A DNA stretch of 64,000 nt. It comes from an uncultured Acidobacteriota bacterium (GTDB taxonomy: Bacteria > Acidobacteriota > Terriglobia > Acidiferrales > UBA7541). Under the pieces are notes generated by a model. It searched no databases. It was not told the origin of the DNA and was given only the letters and a program-made list of their open reading frames with translations. Location of the stretch: assembly GCA_963825365.1 (NCBI GenBank), contig CAWGSV010000023.1, positions 16,800 through 80,799 on the forward strand. The letters are read 5' to 3'. How positions within the stretch are numbered: the stretch's first letter is position 1; every line of letters starts with the position of its first letter. The position numbers and the translations under genes are program-made. Positions 55,088 through 64,000 of this stretch are shown in pieces.

Positions 55088-56465
55088 ATGCGAAGCAAAT
55101 TTTTGCTGGCAGCGGCAAGTGGAATTTTACTGAGCGCCACCGTGCTCTGCGCTCAAAGCAAGCACCCCGATACTCCCTGGAGAGGCGCGGGGCCGGTGCC
55201 CTGCGTTGGATCCGACGGCGGCGTTGAACTTTGCGCCCCGGCTCCGCAACTCATCGCCGTTCGCGCCGGCCACATGTTTGACAGCAAGACGGGACAGATG
55301 CTAGCCAATCAAGTTGTGATTCTGACGGGTGAACGCATCACCGATGTGGGGCCCGCATCGCAGGTCAAGATTCCCGCGGGCGCGCAGGTGATCGACCTCA
55401 GCCGCGCCACCGTGCTGCCCGGATTGATTGACGGGCACACCCACATGTTCAACACGCGTAAGCCCGGCGGCGCCACCGAAGATTACATGCTGATTGCCGC
55501 TCAAAACGCAGCAGAACGATCTGCGCGCCGGGTTCACCACTGTGCGCGATATGACCACGCACGGCAACGGATACGGCGACGTGGCTATTCGCAACGCTAT
55601 CAACGAAGGCCGCATTGACGGCCCCCGCTACCAGGTTTCCACGCGAGGGATTGTTTGGGGAGACAAGCCCGCGAATCCCGCACAACCCGACAACCCACTG
55701 GATGCCGCCGTAATCCGCAATGCCGAGGAAGGTCGGGCCGCCGTGCGCGATCAGATCGCACACGGCGCCGATTGGATCAAGCTGTATCCCACAGGGGCAT
55801 ATTCGTTTAGTCCCACTGGGCAGGGATTATACGTACTGACCTACCCGTTGCCGGTTTTGCAGGCGATCATTGACGAAGCGCATCGTCTTGGCCATAAGAC
55901 TGGCTGCCATGTTTACGGAGGCGATGGTGAAAAATTCTCCATCATCGCGGGATGCGACACCATCGAACACGCGTTCGATTTGGACCAGGAGCAAGCCAAT
56001 ATGATCGTCGCCAAGGGCCTTTACTATGACCCCACGCTCCAGCGTTACATCGAGCCCTACATAGGCGATAACGACGCCAAAAGCACCGGTGGAAAATACT
56101 CAATCATTCCCATCTTCGAGCACGCCGTTCAATTGGCAAACGCCACCAAAGGCATGAAAATCATGTTTGGCAGCGGCTGCGACGGCTCAACCTACGTTCA
56201 TGGCACGCAGGCACTGGACTTTGTTGCGCTGGTCAATAAGGGGGGACTAACGCCCCAAAGAGCTATTCTGGCCGCCACCGCGGTTAACGCCGAAGCGCTG
56301 GGCTGGCAGGACCGCATCGGATCCATCGACAAAGGAAAATATGCGGACCTGGTCGCGGTTTCAGGCGATCCCATGGCCGACATCAGCGAGCTTCAGCGCG
56401 TCAAGTTTGTGATGAAGGGCGGAAAGATCATCAAGAACGAGATGCCGGAACGCGCCTCGAAGTAG
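55088..56465 (+). pseudogene. secreted amidohydrolase-family (metal-dependent hydrolase) protein, one frame break (possible assembly indel)
   Basis: Signal MRSKFLLAAASGILLSATVLCAQ. LPGLIDGHTHM in ORF 55088-55618 joins QNDLRAGFTTVRDM...HVYGGDG...IEHA...GSGCDG... in ORF 55494-56465. +1 shift near 55508-55512. Confidence 0.8.
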
Positions 56466-56529
56466 CGACATTTATTTTCGAGAGCGATTTTTAAGTTTGA
56501 GCCCGCTCGAATTAGGGCGGCCTCTTGCA

Positions 56530-57174
56530 TTACGTCAAGATGGTCGAAGCGAGGCTAGAGACCAATTCGCCGCGCCGCGTAATCACCACATCCTCGGGAT
56601 AATCCTGGCGGAATTCCACGCCCAGAGTTTCCAGCCCATCGAGAAATTCCGGCAGCCGCGGCAATGAGGCATTTTCCACATCGTGCAGCACCACAACTGT
56701 CCAATCGCGCCCGGCGACTTCCTGCAGGCAGCGCGCGACCCAGCCATCTTGATCCTTCCAATCCCCGGGCACGCTGGACCACAACACGCATGTATATTCA
56801 CCGGCCTGCAACAATTGCAACGCCGCGCGGCTCAATAGATGAGGCCCGATGGCCCCTCCACCGCCCATGGGGCGAAACAGCCTGTCGGAATGAGAAAGCT
56901 CACCAATCAAATTCTGCGTCTCCTCAATCTCGCGCCGGGCATACTCCGCGTCCGGCTTCTCTCCCAGCGGCACGCTGTGCGTCATGGAGTGGTTGCCGAT
57001 CAAGTGGCCTTCAGATCGCGCCCTGGCGGCCAGATCTCTGGCGCCGGGCTTGGCGAGCTTTTCGCCTACAACGAAAAAAATAGCTGGAATCCGTCTGGCC
57101 GCCAAAATTTCCAGCACGCGCTCGGTGACGCCCGGCGTAGGCCCGTTGTCGAAAGTGAGTGTCACGCGTTTCAA
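56530..57174 (-). CDS. polysaccharide deacetylase (NodB homology) family protein
   Basis: VTLTFDNGPTPG...IPAIFFVVG...GHLIGNHSMTH. Confidence 0.8.
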   Translation of the reverse strand: MKRVTLTFDNGPTPGVTERVLEILAARRIPAIFFVVGEKLAKPGARDLAARARSEGHLIGNHSMTHSVPLGEKPDAEYARREIEETQNLIGELSHSDRLFRPMGGGGAIGPHLLSRAALQLLQAGEYTCVLWSSVPGDWKDQDGWVARCLQEVAGRDWTVVVLHDVENASLPRLPEFLDGLETLGVEFRQDYPEDVVITRRGELVSSLASTILT

Positions 57175-57488
57175 GTGAATCGCATTCTCGCATTAATTCC
57201 CAGCGCAGGCGGCATTGTACTTCGTGTAATTTCTATCGCGCATGTTCGTGAATGGCCCTCCAAAAGTCCATAAGCACCTATAGAAAATGAAAAAAATCCA
57301 TCGGGACTTCGCCTGATTTTGCCTACCCGTTACTCTTACGAAACAATTTTGCGCCCCCGCGCCGGCATACGCGCTTCTAATCCTAGTTGAATTTTTGCTC
57401 TCCTACACAACCTGTAGTGTTTTTTAAAATCCGCACCACAAGTCGCGAAGATATTCACAATTATATTTTCAATCCATCGCATTTCCCC

Positions 57489-57516
57489 TTGACAAGTTTT
57501 CGATCCTGACTAGAAT
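57489..57516 (+). promoter_or_regulatory. Pmra-like promoter TTGACA-16 nt-TAGAAT upstream of mraZ
   Basis: TTGACA 57489-57494 and TAGAAT 57511-57516, about 130 nt upstream of the mraZ ATG. Confidence 0.6.
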
Positions 57517-57517
57517 C

Positions 57518-57561
57518 GTGGCACAAAGTGGGAAGAAGTGGTGGCAAGTGAAAAGCGGTGG
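57518..57561 (+). promoter_or_regulatory. putative MraZ operator: five GTGG/GTGA boxes at exact 10-bp spacing
   Basis: GTGG at 57518, 57528, 57538 and 57558, and GTGA at 57548, immediately downstream of the -10 box. Confidence 0.6.
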
Positions 57562-57644
57562 CGATGTCGATGGGGCTGTAAAGCATTAAAGGGGACCACC
57601 TATGAGGAGCGATCGCTCGACAGTGTCTTTGGGCAGACGACAAC

Positions 57645-58082
57645 ATGCTAAGGGGCAACATTCCGGCAAGAGTGGACGAGAAGGGTCGCCTCAAAATTCC
57701 CGCGGCCTTTCTGGAAGAGCTCAAGGGATTTGGCGAGCAGTTCTACGTCACGAGCGAAACCGGTGATTATGCGCGCATCTTCCCGATGAAGGTCTGGGAA
57801 GAACTGGAGAGCAAGCTGGCCAGGCTCTCGTCGCATAACAAGACCAAGCAAAAGTTTCTTACCTGGACCAATTATTACGGCCAGGCGGTGGAAGCGGATA
57901 GCCAGGGAAGGATCCTGATTCCGCCGGTGCTCCGGGAAGCGGCGCAGATGAAAGGCGACGTGGACGTGATGGGGCACCTGACCTACCTGGAAGTCTGGAA
58001 CCATGGCCGGTCGCTGGAGAACCTGAAGAAGAGCCCCATGACGGACGACGACATAAAGATTTTGGATGAACTGGGAATCTAG
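57645..58082 (+). CDS. mraZ: division/cell wall cluster transcriptional regulator MraZ
   Basis: Two SpoVT-AbrB halves with VDEKGRLKIP and ADSQGRILIP. Confidence 0.92.
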   Translation: MLRGNIPARVDEKGRLKIPAAFLEELKGFGEQFYVTSETGDYARIFPMKVWEELESKLARLSSHNKTKQKFLTWTNYYGQAVEADSQGRILIPPVLREAAQMKGDVDVMGHLTYLEVWNHGRSLENLKKSPMTDDDIKILDELGI

Positions 58083-59026
58083 TTGAACGTTCAACACAAG
58101 CCAGTGCTCGTCGAAGAGACGATGGGCTGGCTGGCAATTAAGCCCGGCGGGTTGTATGTGGATGCTACGCTTGGACTTGGCGGCCATTCAGTCGAAATCG
58201 CAAGGCGACTCGGGCCCGGGGGACGGCTGGTTGGGCTGGACCGGGACGCACAGGCTGCTGGAAATCGCGCGCGAAAGGCTTTCGGAGTTTAAGGACAAGG
58301 TGATTTTGGTGCACGCAAACTTTTCACAAATCGGCGAGGTTTTCGCGGAGCGAGGGTTTCCTCTCCGCCGATGGCGTGCTGGCCGATTTGGGAGTTTCGA
58401 GCATGCAGCTGGATTTGGGCGAACGAGGTTTTTCGTTCCGCTCGCAGGGCCCGCTGGACATGCGCATGGACCGCCAAAGCGAAGTGACGGCTTCCGACAT
58501 TGTGAACAGCGCGGGCGAAAAAGAGCTCGCGGACCTGCTCTATCAGCTGGCTGAAGAGCGGGATTCACGCAGAATCGCCAGGAACATTGTTCGCGCGCGT
58601 CCCATACGGGACACCGAACACCTGGCAACGGTTGTGGCAGGGGCCCGAAACGCTAGGGGAAGGCAGAAGCTGCATCCCGCGACAAAAACGTTTCTGGCGC
58701 TGCGGATTGCGGTGAATCGAGAGATGGAGGAACTCGGGCAGTTTCTTTCTAGGGTTCCTGCCACACTATCTCAGGGCGGCCGATGGGTGATGCTCAGCTA
58801 TCACTCGCTCGAAGACCGTCCGGTAAAGCAGTGTTTTCAAAAGCTCGCGCAGGAAGGCGTGCTGAAGATCCTCACAAAGAAAGTGATTCAAGCCTCGGAC
58901 GCGGAGATTGCAGAAAATCCGCGCGCACGCAGCGTGAAAATGCGCGTGGCCGAAAAGCTGGACCCCGATCAGCCGGCTGAGGCGGGCAGGCGCGGGAAGT
59001 ATCAGAAGGAAGAGTGGCTGCAATGA
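58083..59026 (+). pseudogene. rsmH: 16S rRNA (cytosine1402-N4)-methyltransferase RsmH, reading frame broken twice (probable assembly indels)
   Basis: [13 protein letters not shown]...[12 protein letters not shown] (ORF 58083-58292), [22 protein letters not shown] (ORF 58156-58554), then SADGVLADLGVSSMQLD...SYHSLEDRPVK (ORF 58376-59026). Extra bases at about 58257 and 58363. Confidence 0.88.
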
Positions 59027-59415
59027 GCGAATTTTACACCGTAAAGCAAATCGATAATTCTCGTCTGGTGCGCCACGTGGCGCCCGATCATATGCGCGAA
59101 TGCGCGCGCGTCGTTTCGCTGGGCGCTTTGATCGCCCTGTGCGCTTTCCTGTACGCATGGCAGCATTTCGAGACTATCCAGTTGCGCTACCAGCTTGAGT
59201 CGCTGCGCAGCGAGCGCGCCCAAGCCAGCGAACTGAATCAGGAACTCAAACTGGAAGTAGCCGGATTACGCGCTCCGGAACGCATCGACATGATCGCGCG
59301 GCGACAGCTTGGCCTTACAGCTCCCGTGCCTGGGCAAGTGGCTCCCATGGACCAGCCGCCGAACGCCGTCATGGCTGAGGCGCGCGCGGCATACGCTCCG
59401 GCAGCGCAGCAATAA
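59023..59415 (+). CDS. ftsL: cell division protein FtsL
   Basis: Position between rsmH and ftsI, single TM VVSLGALIALCAFLYAW followed by a coiled coil. ATGA overlap with the rsmH stop. Confidence 0.75.
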   Translation: MSEFYTVKQIDNSRLVRHVAPDHMRECARVVSLGALIALCAFLYAWQHFETIQLRYQLESLRSERAQASELNQELKLEVAGLRAPERIDMIARRQLGLTAPVPGQVAPMDQPPNAVMAEARAAYAPAAQQ

Positions 59416-59543
59416 ACTTCTTACGGCGGCGATGTTTCCCGCCGCCCCCGGCTATTATCGATCGGAAAGGTGAGCCGGAGCCGCCCGGCCAGACGGACGT
59501 GCTCGCGCCTCACGCCTGTTCGGCCTGGAGTTTCCGGTAAAAT

Positions 59544-61628
59544 ATGGATCTTCGCAGTTCCCGGACACGGATTATGATTGTTGCTGCCCTCGCGGCGCTG
59601 TGGACCGGGGCGGTGTTCGGGCGGCTGGCCTACCTGCAACTTTTCCGCTACAGCGAATATTATTCCCGCGCGCAGCACCAGCAGCGCCTGATTGTGGATG
59701 TGGGCGCAAGCCGCGCCGAAATCTTTGACCGCAACATGAATCCGCTGGCCATGAGCGTTCCGGTGGATTCAGCCTTCGCCGTGCCCTCGGAAATTGCTGA
59801 TCCGGATATGGTGGCCCGCCTCATCGGCAAGGTGCTGGACACTCCGGCCGACGAAATCGCCACGCGCATTGCCAGCTCCCGTTCCTTTGCGTGGATTGCG
59901 CGCAAACTTCCCCCAGAAAAAGCGAACCGCATTGCGGCCATGAATCTGCGTGGAATTTATTTTCAGCGGGAAGGCGGACGATTCTATCCCAAGCGCGACC
60001 TGGCCGCGCACGTGCTGGGCTATGTGGACATTGACGAAAAAGGGCTGGGAGGAATCGAGTACTCGCTGGACGACAGCATTCGCAGCAAGCCGGGCAAAAT
60101 GCTGATCCTGGCCGACGCGCACCGCCGCTGGTACGACTCCACCGAAAAGGTACCGGAAACGGGCACCAGCGTGGTGCTCACGCTGGACGAAAAGATCCAG
60201 TACATCGCGGAAAAAGAACTGGCGCAGGCCATTCAAGAAACGCACGCAAAAGCCGGAACGGTCATTGTTGAGAATCCCAATTCCGGCGAGCTGCTGGCCG
60301 TTGCTAATTGGCCGACGTTCAATCCCAATGCGGCCAAGGACAGCGTTCCCGAAGCGCGTGTGGATCGCGCCACGAGTTCGCTGTACGAACCAGGATCAGT
60401 CTTTAAGATCGTGACGCTTTCCGCTGCCATCGATCAGGGTGTCACCAATCCAAATGAGGTTGTCGATTGCCAGAATGGGGCGATCTATATCGCCGGGCAC
60501 CGTATTCGCGACCACAAAGCATACGGGCTGCTGACTGTTTCGCAGATCCTCGCCAACTCCAGCGATGTTGGGGCCATCAAGCTCGGCTTGCGCCTGGGAG
60601 CGCCCAAATTTTACGATTACATTCGAGCCTTCGGCTTCGGCCAATCCACCGGCGTGGACTTGCCGGGCGAAAGCCGCGGGAAGCTGCGCCGTCTGGAAAA
60701 CTGGACGCCGGTTTCGGTCGGGTCGATTTCCATGGGGCAGGAAGTGGGCGTAACGCCGCTGCAGATGATTTCAGCGGTGTCCGCCATTGCCAACGGAGGC
60801 TTGATCGTCCGGCCGCACGTGGTGCGCGGGTTGAGCCGCGGGAACCAAATTACGGAGCCGCCGGATTCGCAACAGGTTCCGCGCCGGGTGATCAAGGAGA
60901 CCACCGCGGCATCCATGCGCCAGATGCTCGAAGGTGTAGTTCTGAATGGTACCGGCAAGCTGGCCAAGCTGGAGGGCTACACATCGGCTGGAAAGACCGG
61001 CACCGCGCAAAAATACGATCCCGAAACGGGCCGCTACTCCACGCACGACTTGATCGCTTCCTTTGTGGGCTTCACGCCAATCAATACGCCGGCCCTGACC
61101 ATTCTGGTGCAGCTGGATTCGCCGGCGGGCGCGCACGAGGGCGGGCAGGTGGCCGCGCCCGTGTTCAAGCGAGTGGCCCAGCAGGTGCTCGCGTATCTGG
61201 ATGTGCCGCGCGACGTTCCCGTCGCCGCGGAAACTCTGCGCGCAAGCCGCATGCAGGCTGCCCACGATAAGGATAAGGACGATAATTTAACCGATGGCAG
61301 TGACTTCGATCCCGTGCAGACCTCCACGGCTGCCACGCTTGACGAATCTGTCCCGGCGACATCTCCCGCACCGGCTGTTTCGGCTCCAACCATGGAGCTG
61401 GCCGAGGGAGAGGGAATTCCCGTGCCGCAACTGGTGGGAAAAACCGTGCGAGACGTGACGCAAGAGTGTCTGAAATTGGGGCTGACTCCTGTCCTGGTTG
61501 GGACCGGCATTGCCACAGCGCAGACTCCTGAGCCCGGAGCGATGATTCGCCGGGGGAATCGGATCACTGTGCAATTCGCGCGCTCCGCTTCACTGGTATC
61601 GGCAGCGGTCCGAGGGAATGCGAAGTGA
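59544..61628 (+). CDS. ftsI: peptidoglycan D,D-transpeptidase FtsI (class B PBP) with C-terminal PASTA domain
   Basis: N-terminal TM and dimerisation domain. SxxK (SVFKIV), SSD and KTGTAQ motifs. C-terminal PASTA-like VPQLVGKTVRDVTQECLKLGL. Confidence 0.9.
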   Translation: MDLRSSRTRIMIVAALAALWTGAVFGRLAYLQLFRYSEYYSRAQHQQRLIVDVGASRAEIFDRNMNPLAMSVPVDSAFAVPSEIADPDMVARLIGKVLDTPADEIATRIASSRSFAWIARKLPPEKANRIAAMNLRGIYFQREGGRFYPKRDLAAHVLGYVDIDEKGLGGIEYSLDDSIRSKPGKMLILADAHRRWYDSTEKVPETGTSVVLTLDEKIQYIAEKELAQAIQETHAKAGTVIVENPNSGELLAVANWPTFNPNAAKDSVPEARVDRATSSLYEPGSVFKIVTLSAAIDQGVTNPNEVVDCQNGAIYIAGHRIRDHKAYGLLTVSQILANSSDVGAIKLGLRLGAPKFYDYIRAFGFGQSTGVDLPGESRGKLRRLENWTPVSVGSISMGQEVGVTPLQMISAVSAIANGGLIVRPHVVRGLSRGNQITEPPDSQQVPRRVIKETTAASMRQMLEGVVLNGTGKLAKLEGYTSAGKTGTAQKYDPETGRYSTHDLIASFVGFTPINTPALTILVQLDSPAGAHEGGQVAAPVFKRVAQQVLAYLDVPRDVPVAAETLRASRMQAAHDKDKDDNLTDGSDFDPVQTSTAATLDESVPATSPAPAVSAPTMELAEGEGIPVPQLVGKTVRDVTQECLKLGLTPVLVGTGIATAQTPEPGAMIRRGNRITVQFARSASLVSAAVRGNAK

Positions 61629-63184
61629 CATTGAAGGTGGGATGTGTGGCGGAAAAAGGGGATGGTGATTCACACGTGACGCAAGCGGGAACAGCGCGAG
61701 TGGGAGTGCGCCTGGCAAAGTTGCTGCGAGGCATCGAAACACGCACGGCTGTCGAGCACGGTGATCTGGAGCTCTTGGAAATTGCCTATGACAGCCGACA
61801 GGTGAATCCCGGAACTTTGTTCGTGGCAATTCGCGGAGAAAAAACCGACGGCAACAAATTCGTGGCCGACGCCGTGGCACACGGAGCCGTGGCCGTCATC
61901 AGCGAGCAGGAAAACCCTGGAACGCTTCCGCCGGGATTTCCATGGATACAAGTTGCGGATGCGCGGAAGGCGCTGGCCATCTCCGCGGCAAATTTTTACG
62001 CGCGTCCCGCCGAAATTCTTAAACTTATTGGCGTGACGGGAACCAATGGCAAGACCACCACTTCCTATTTGGTGGATTCCGTTCTGCGCGCGGCGGGCTG
62101 CCAGGTGGGTCTGCTGGGAACCATTGCTTACCGGCTGGTGCGTGAGGACAAGCCCGCGCCGAACACAACTCCTGAATCGCTGGACCTGCAGAAATATCTC
62201 GCCAAGATCGTTCAAGCCGGAGGCACGCACGCGGTGCTGGAGGCAAGCTCTCATGCGCTGGCCATGGACCGCTTGTGGGGCTGCCCATTCGCCGTGGCCA
62301 TCTTCACCAATCTCACGCGCGACCATCTCGATTATCACAAGACATTTGAAGATTATTTCGCGGCAAAGCGCCGCTTGTTCGAAGGCACGGGCTCGCCGGC
62401 TCCAGCTGCGGGCGTCATCAATCGTGACGATGAATATGGGCGAAGGCTTTCGGGTCTAGCCACGCGCACGCTTACCTACGGGTTGGAGCCTGGCGCGGAC
62501 GTCACCGCGCGCAAACTCGCGCTCACCCTTTCCGGCATCGAGTTCACGGCGGAAACTCCCGCTGGGAAAATTGAGATTCGTTCCAAATTGGTCGGCCGGC
62601 CCAACGTGTACAACATCCTCGCTGCGGTTGCCGCGGGAGCGGCCCTCAATCTATCGACAGAGGTCATCGCCAACGGCATTGCCAAGCTTTCGGCTGTTCC
62701 GGGCCGCTTCGAACGCGTTGAAGCCGGGCAGCCCTTCCTGGTGGTGGTGGATTACGCGCACACGGATGACGCGCTTCGCAACCTGCTGGCCACTGCACGA
62801 GAACTGAATCCCGATGGCCGCATCATTACTGTCTTCGGCTGTGGCGGGGACCGCGACCGCACCAAGCGGCCTTTAATGGGAGAGGCGGCGGGCCGCGCCA
62901 GCGACATCGTCGTGCTTACTTCGGACAATCCGCGCAGCGAAGACCCGCTGCTGATCATCAATGACGCAATCGTCGGCGCTCAGCGCACCAAGGCCAAGCT
63001 ATTCATCGAGCCGGACCGGCAGAAGGCTCTCGAAGTAGCGCTGGACGAGGCGCGCTCCGGCGACATCGTGCTGCTCGCGGGCAAAGGCCATGAAACCTAT
63101 CAGGTGCTGCGCGACCGCACCATTGAGTTTGACGATCGAGCGGTGGCGCATCGGATCCTCAGCCAGCGCGGGTATGGGGATTAG
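61625..63184 (+). CDS. murE: UDP-N-acetylmuramoyl-L-alanyl-D-glutamate--2,6-diaminopimelate ligase
   Basis: IGVTGTNGKTTT, and DNPR (TSDNPRSEDP), the meso-DAP-specific motif. GTG 61625 overlaps the ftsI stop; the true start may be a little downstream. Confidence 0.9.
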   Translation: MTLKVGCVAEKGDGDSHVTQAGTARVGVRLAKLLRGIETRTAVEHGDLELLEIAYDSRQVNPGTLFVAIRGEKTDGNKFVADAVAHGAVAVISEQENPGTLPPGFPWIQVADARKALAISAANFYARPAEILKLIGVTGTNGKTTTSYLVDSVLRAAGCQVGLLGTIAYRLVREDKPAPNTTPESLDLQKYLAKIVQAGGTHAVLEASSHALAMDRLWGCPFAVAIFTNLTRDHLDYHKTFEDYFAAKRRLFEGTGSPAPAAGVINRDDEYGRRLSGLATRTLTYGLEPGADVTARKLALTLSGIEFTAETPAGKIEIRSKLVGRPNVYNILAAVAAGAALNLSTEVIANGIAKLSAVPGRFERVEAGQPFLVVVDYAHTDDALRNLLATARELNPDGRIITVFGCGGDRDRTKRPLMGEAAGRASDIVVLTSDNPRSEDPLLIINDAIVGAQRTKAKLFIEPDRQKALEVALDEARSGDIVLLAGKGHETYQVLRDRTIEFDDRAVAHRILSQRGYGD

Positions 63185-63193
63185 CGGGCGCAT

Positions 63194-63222
63194 GTAGGGG
63201 CACGGCAATGCCGTGCCCCTAC
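63194..63222. repeat. single REP hairpin, subfamily F (GTAGGGGCACGGCAATGCCGTGCCCCTAC)
   Basis: Perfect palindrome bounded by GTAG/CTAC. Confidence 0.85.
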
Positions 63223-63258
63223 GAAGTGTTGGTGAGACGCTTGAATTGCCAGGTCTGT

Positions 63259-63323
63259 GTAGCGCCCGCCTTCAGGCGGGCACTTTGGAGCCAAGCAAAT
63301 GCCCGCCTGAAGGCGGGCGCTAC
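63259..63323. repeat. REPIN-like palindrome, subfamily D
   Basis: GTAGCGCCCGCCTTCAGGCGGGCAC ... ATGCCCGCCTGAAGGCGGGCGCTAC. Confidence 0.9.
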
Positions 63324-63423
63324 ATAAACCAAATACAGCGGCACGGGAATTGCTCTCTATTCGTAAGGGTTGCTGATTCGAGGGTGGAAAGAAACTATTG
63401 AAGCCCAGCCCCTTGAGGACGCT

Positions 63424-64000
63424 ATGCGGTGGACGGTTGAAGAAGTGGCTGGCGCTCTGGGGGTTACGCCGCCCGGAGGCGTCGACTCCCTGGCCCGGCT
63501 GGCCGGTGTGTCGATTGATTCTCGCACCGTGGTTCGCAGCGAGCTATTCGTTGCCATCCACGGACCGCGTCACGATGGACACGATCACGTCGTGGAGGCC
63601 CTGGAAGCAGGCGCGCTGGCGTGCGTCGTGGCGCAGGACCGCCTCGCCGGGTATGCCGAGTCAGTCCGCGCAAAGCTACTTGCCGTTTCAGACACGCTCG
63701 CCGCGCTACAGAACCTCGCACAGGCCGTTCGAACGAGATGGGGGCGGCGCTTGGCAGCCGTCACTGGCTCGGCCGGGAAAACCACAACAAAGGAAATTCT
63801 GGCGGCGCTGCTGGGCGCGCGGTTCCGCGTACTGAAGTCGGAAGGCAATCTGAACAACGAGTTTGGGCTGCCGCTGCAACTGTTGCGGCTCGATGAAGCG
63901 CACGAAGCCGCGGTCGTGGAACTGGGCATGTCCCACGCGGGCGAACTGAAACAGTTGGCGGAAATTGCCAGGCCGGAAGTAGGGGTGGTCACCTGCGTTG
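63424..64000 (+). CDS. murF: UDP-N-acetylmuramoyl-tripeptide--D-alanyl-D-alanine ligase, N-terminal part (runs off window end)
   Basis: Not in ORF track (no stop in window). Manual translation MRWTVEEVAGALG...SIDSRTVVRSELFVAIHGPRHDGHD...AAVTGSAGKTTTKEIL...NLNNEFGLPL. Confidence 0.88.
   Translation, partial: MRWTVEEVAGALGVTPPGGVDSLARLAGVSIDSRTVVRSELFVAIHGPRHDGHDHVVEALEAGALACVVAQDRLAGYAESVRAKLLAVSDTLAALQNLAQAVRTRWGRRLAAVTGSAGKTTTKEILAALLGARFRVLKSEGNLNNEFGLPLQLLRLDEAHEAAVVELGMSHAGELKQLAEIARPEVGVVTCV

Noticed and set aside
2864-59026. Programmed +1 ribosomal frameshifting or transcriptional slippage as the explanation for the frame breaks
   Set aside because: The fifteen sites share no slippery motif, no rare or stop codon context, no homopolymer and no downstream structure. 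They affect unrelated genes, some several times.
676-63323. Possibility that the recurring palindromic repeats are a CRISPR array
   Set aside because: Copies are scattered between genes many kb apart, occur as inverted pairs rather than direct repeats with regular 25-50 bp spacers, and no cas genes are present.

Overview
High-GC bacterial chromosomal window. Gene content and the intergenic repeats suggest an Acidobacteriota-like genome, but that is inference only.

It is almost entirely core or housekeeping DNA. In order:
- SorAB-type sulfite dehydrogenase plus a second SorA-like paralog cut by the window start, and an H+-pyrophosphatase.
- DinB-like and TfoX-like proteins, a PilZ-Sel1 protein, an APC permease, an orphan ABC ATPase and an HD-GYP phosphodiesterase.
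- gpsA-plsY-thpR-cinA, an IPT/NHL propeller protein, pgpA-yacG-rimO.
- transglutaminase/mutY/DUF58/MoxR, then tRNA-Val.
- A DUF4149 protein, an AlkA-like glycosylase and a long amidase-signature protein.
- An Mla-like ABC operon, three secreted hypotheticals, ychF, a ZIP transporter and a phosphodiesterase-family enzyme.
- An ECF sigma/anti-sigma/DUF3106 module, YqaA, a YdjM-like hydrolase, a lipid kinase and DAHP synthase.
- A YVTN propeller protein, two NTF2-like paralogs, ftsY, ribD-ribE, a TolC-like gene, an amidohydrolase and a polysaccharide deacetylase.
- The start of the dcw cluster (mraZ-rsmH-ftsL-ftsI-murE-murF).

I found no CRISPR array, transposase, integrase, phage genes or recognisable defence or toxin island. 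The noteworthy signals are regulatory or repeat-level:
1. A 30-codon leader ORF rich in Tyr/Phe/Trp, with alternative hairpins and an intrinsic terminator just upstream of DAHP synthase. This looks like a ribosome-mediated attenuator.
2. About 30 GTAG...CTAC nested palindromes (REP/REPIN-like) in several subfamilies, some supplying the TAG stop codons of neighbouring genes. There are also a 130-bp MITE-like element and two other hairpin repeat families.
3. Fifteen apparent frameshifts in ten conserved genes. Each is equivalent to a +1 insertion, which points to insertion-biased consensus errors rather than biology.
4. Five GTGG boxes phased at exactly 10 bp downstream of a TTGACA/TAGAAT promoter in front of mraZ.
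5. An (AATCGCA)x8 tandem repeat abutting a MITE copy just upstream of gpsA.

All functional calls come from reading the translated ORFs. No database search was possible.
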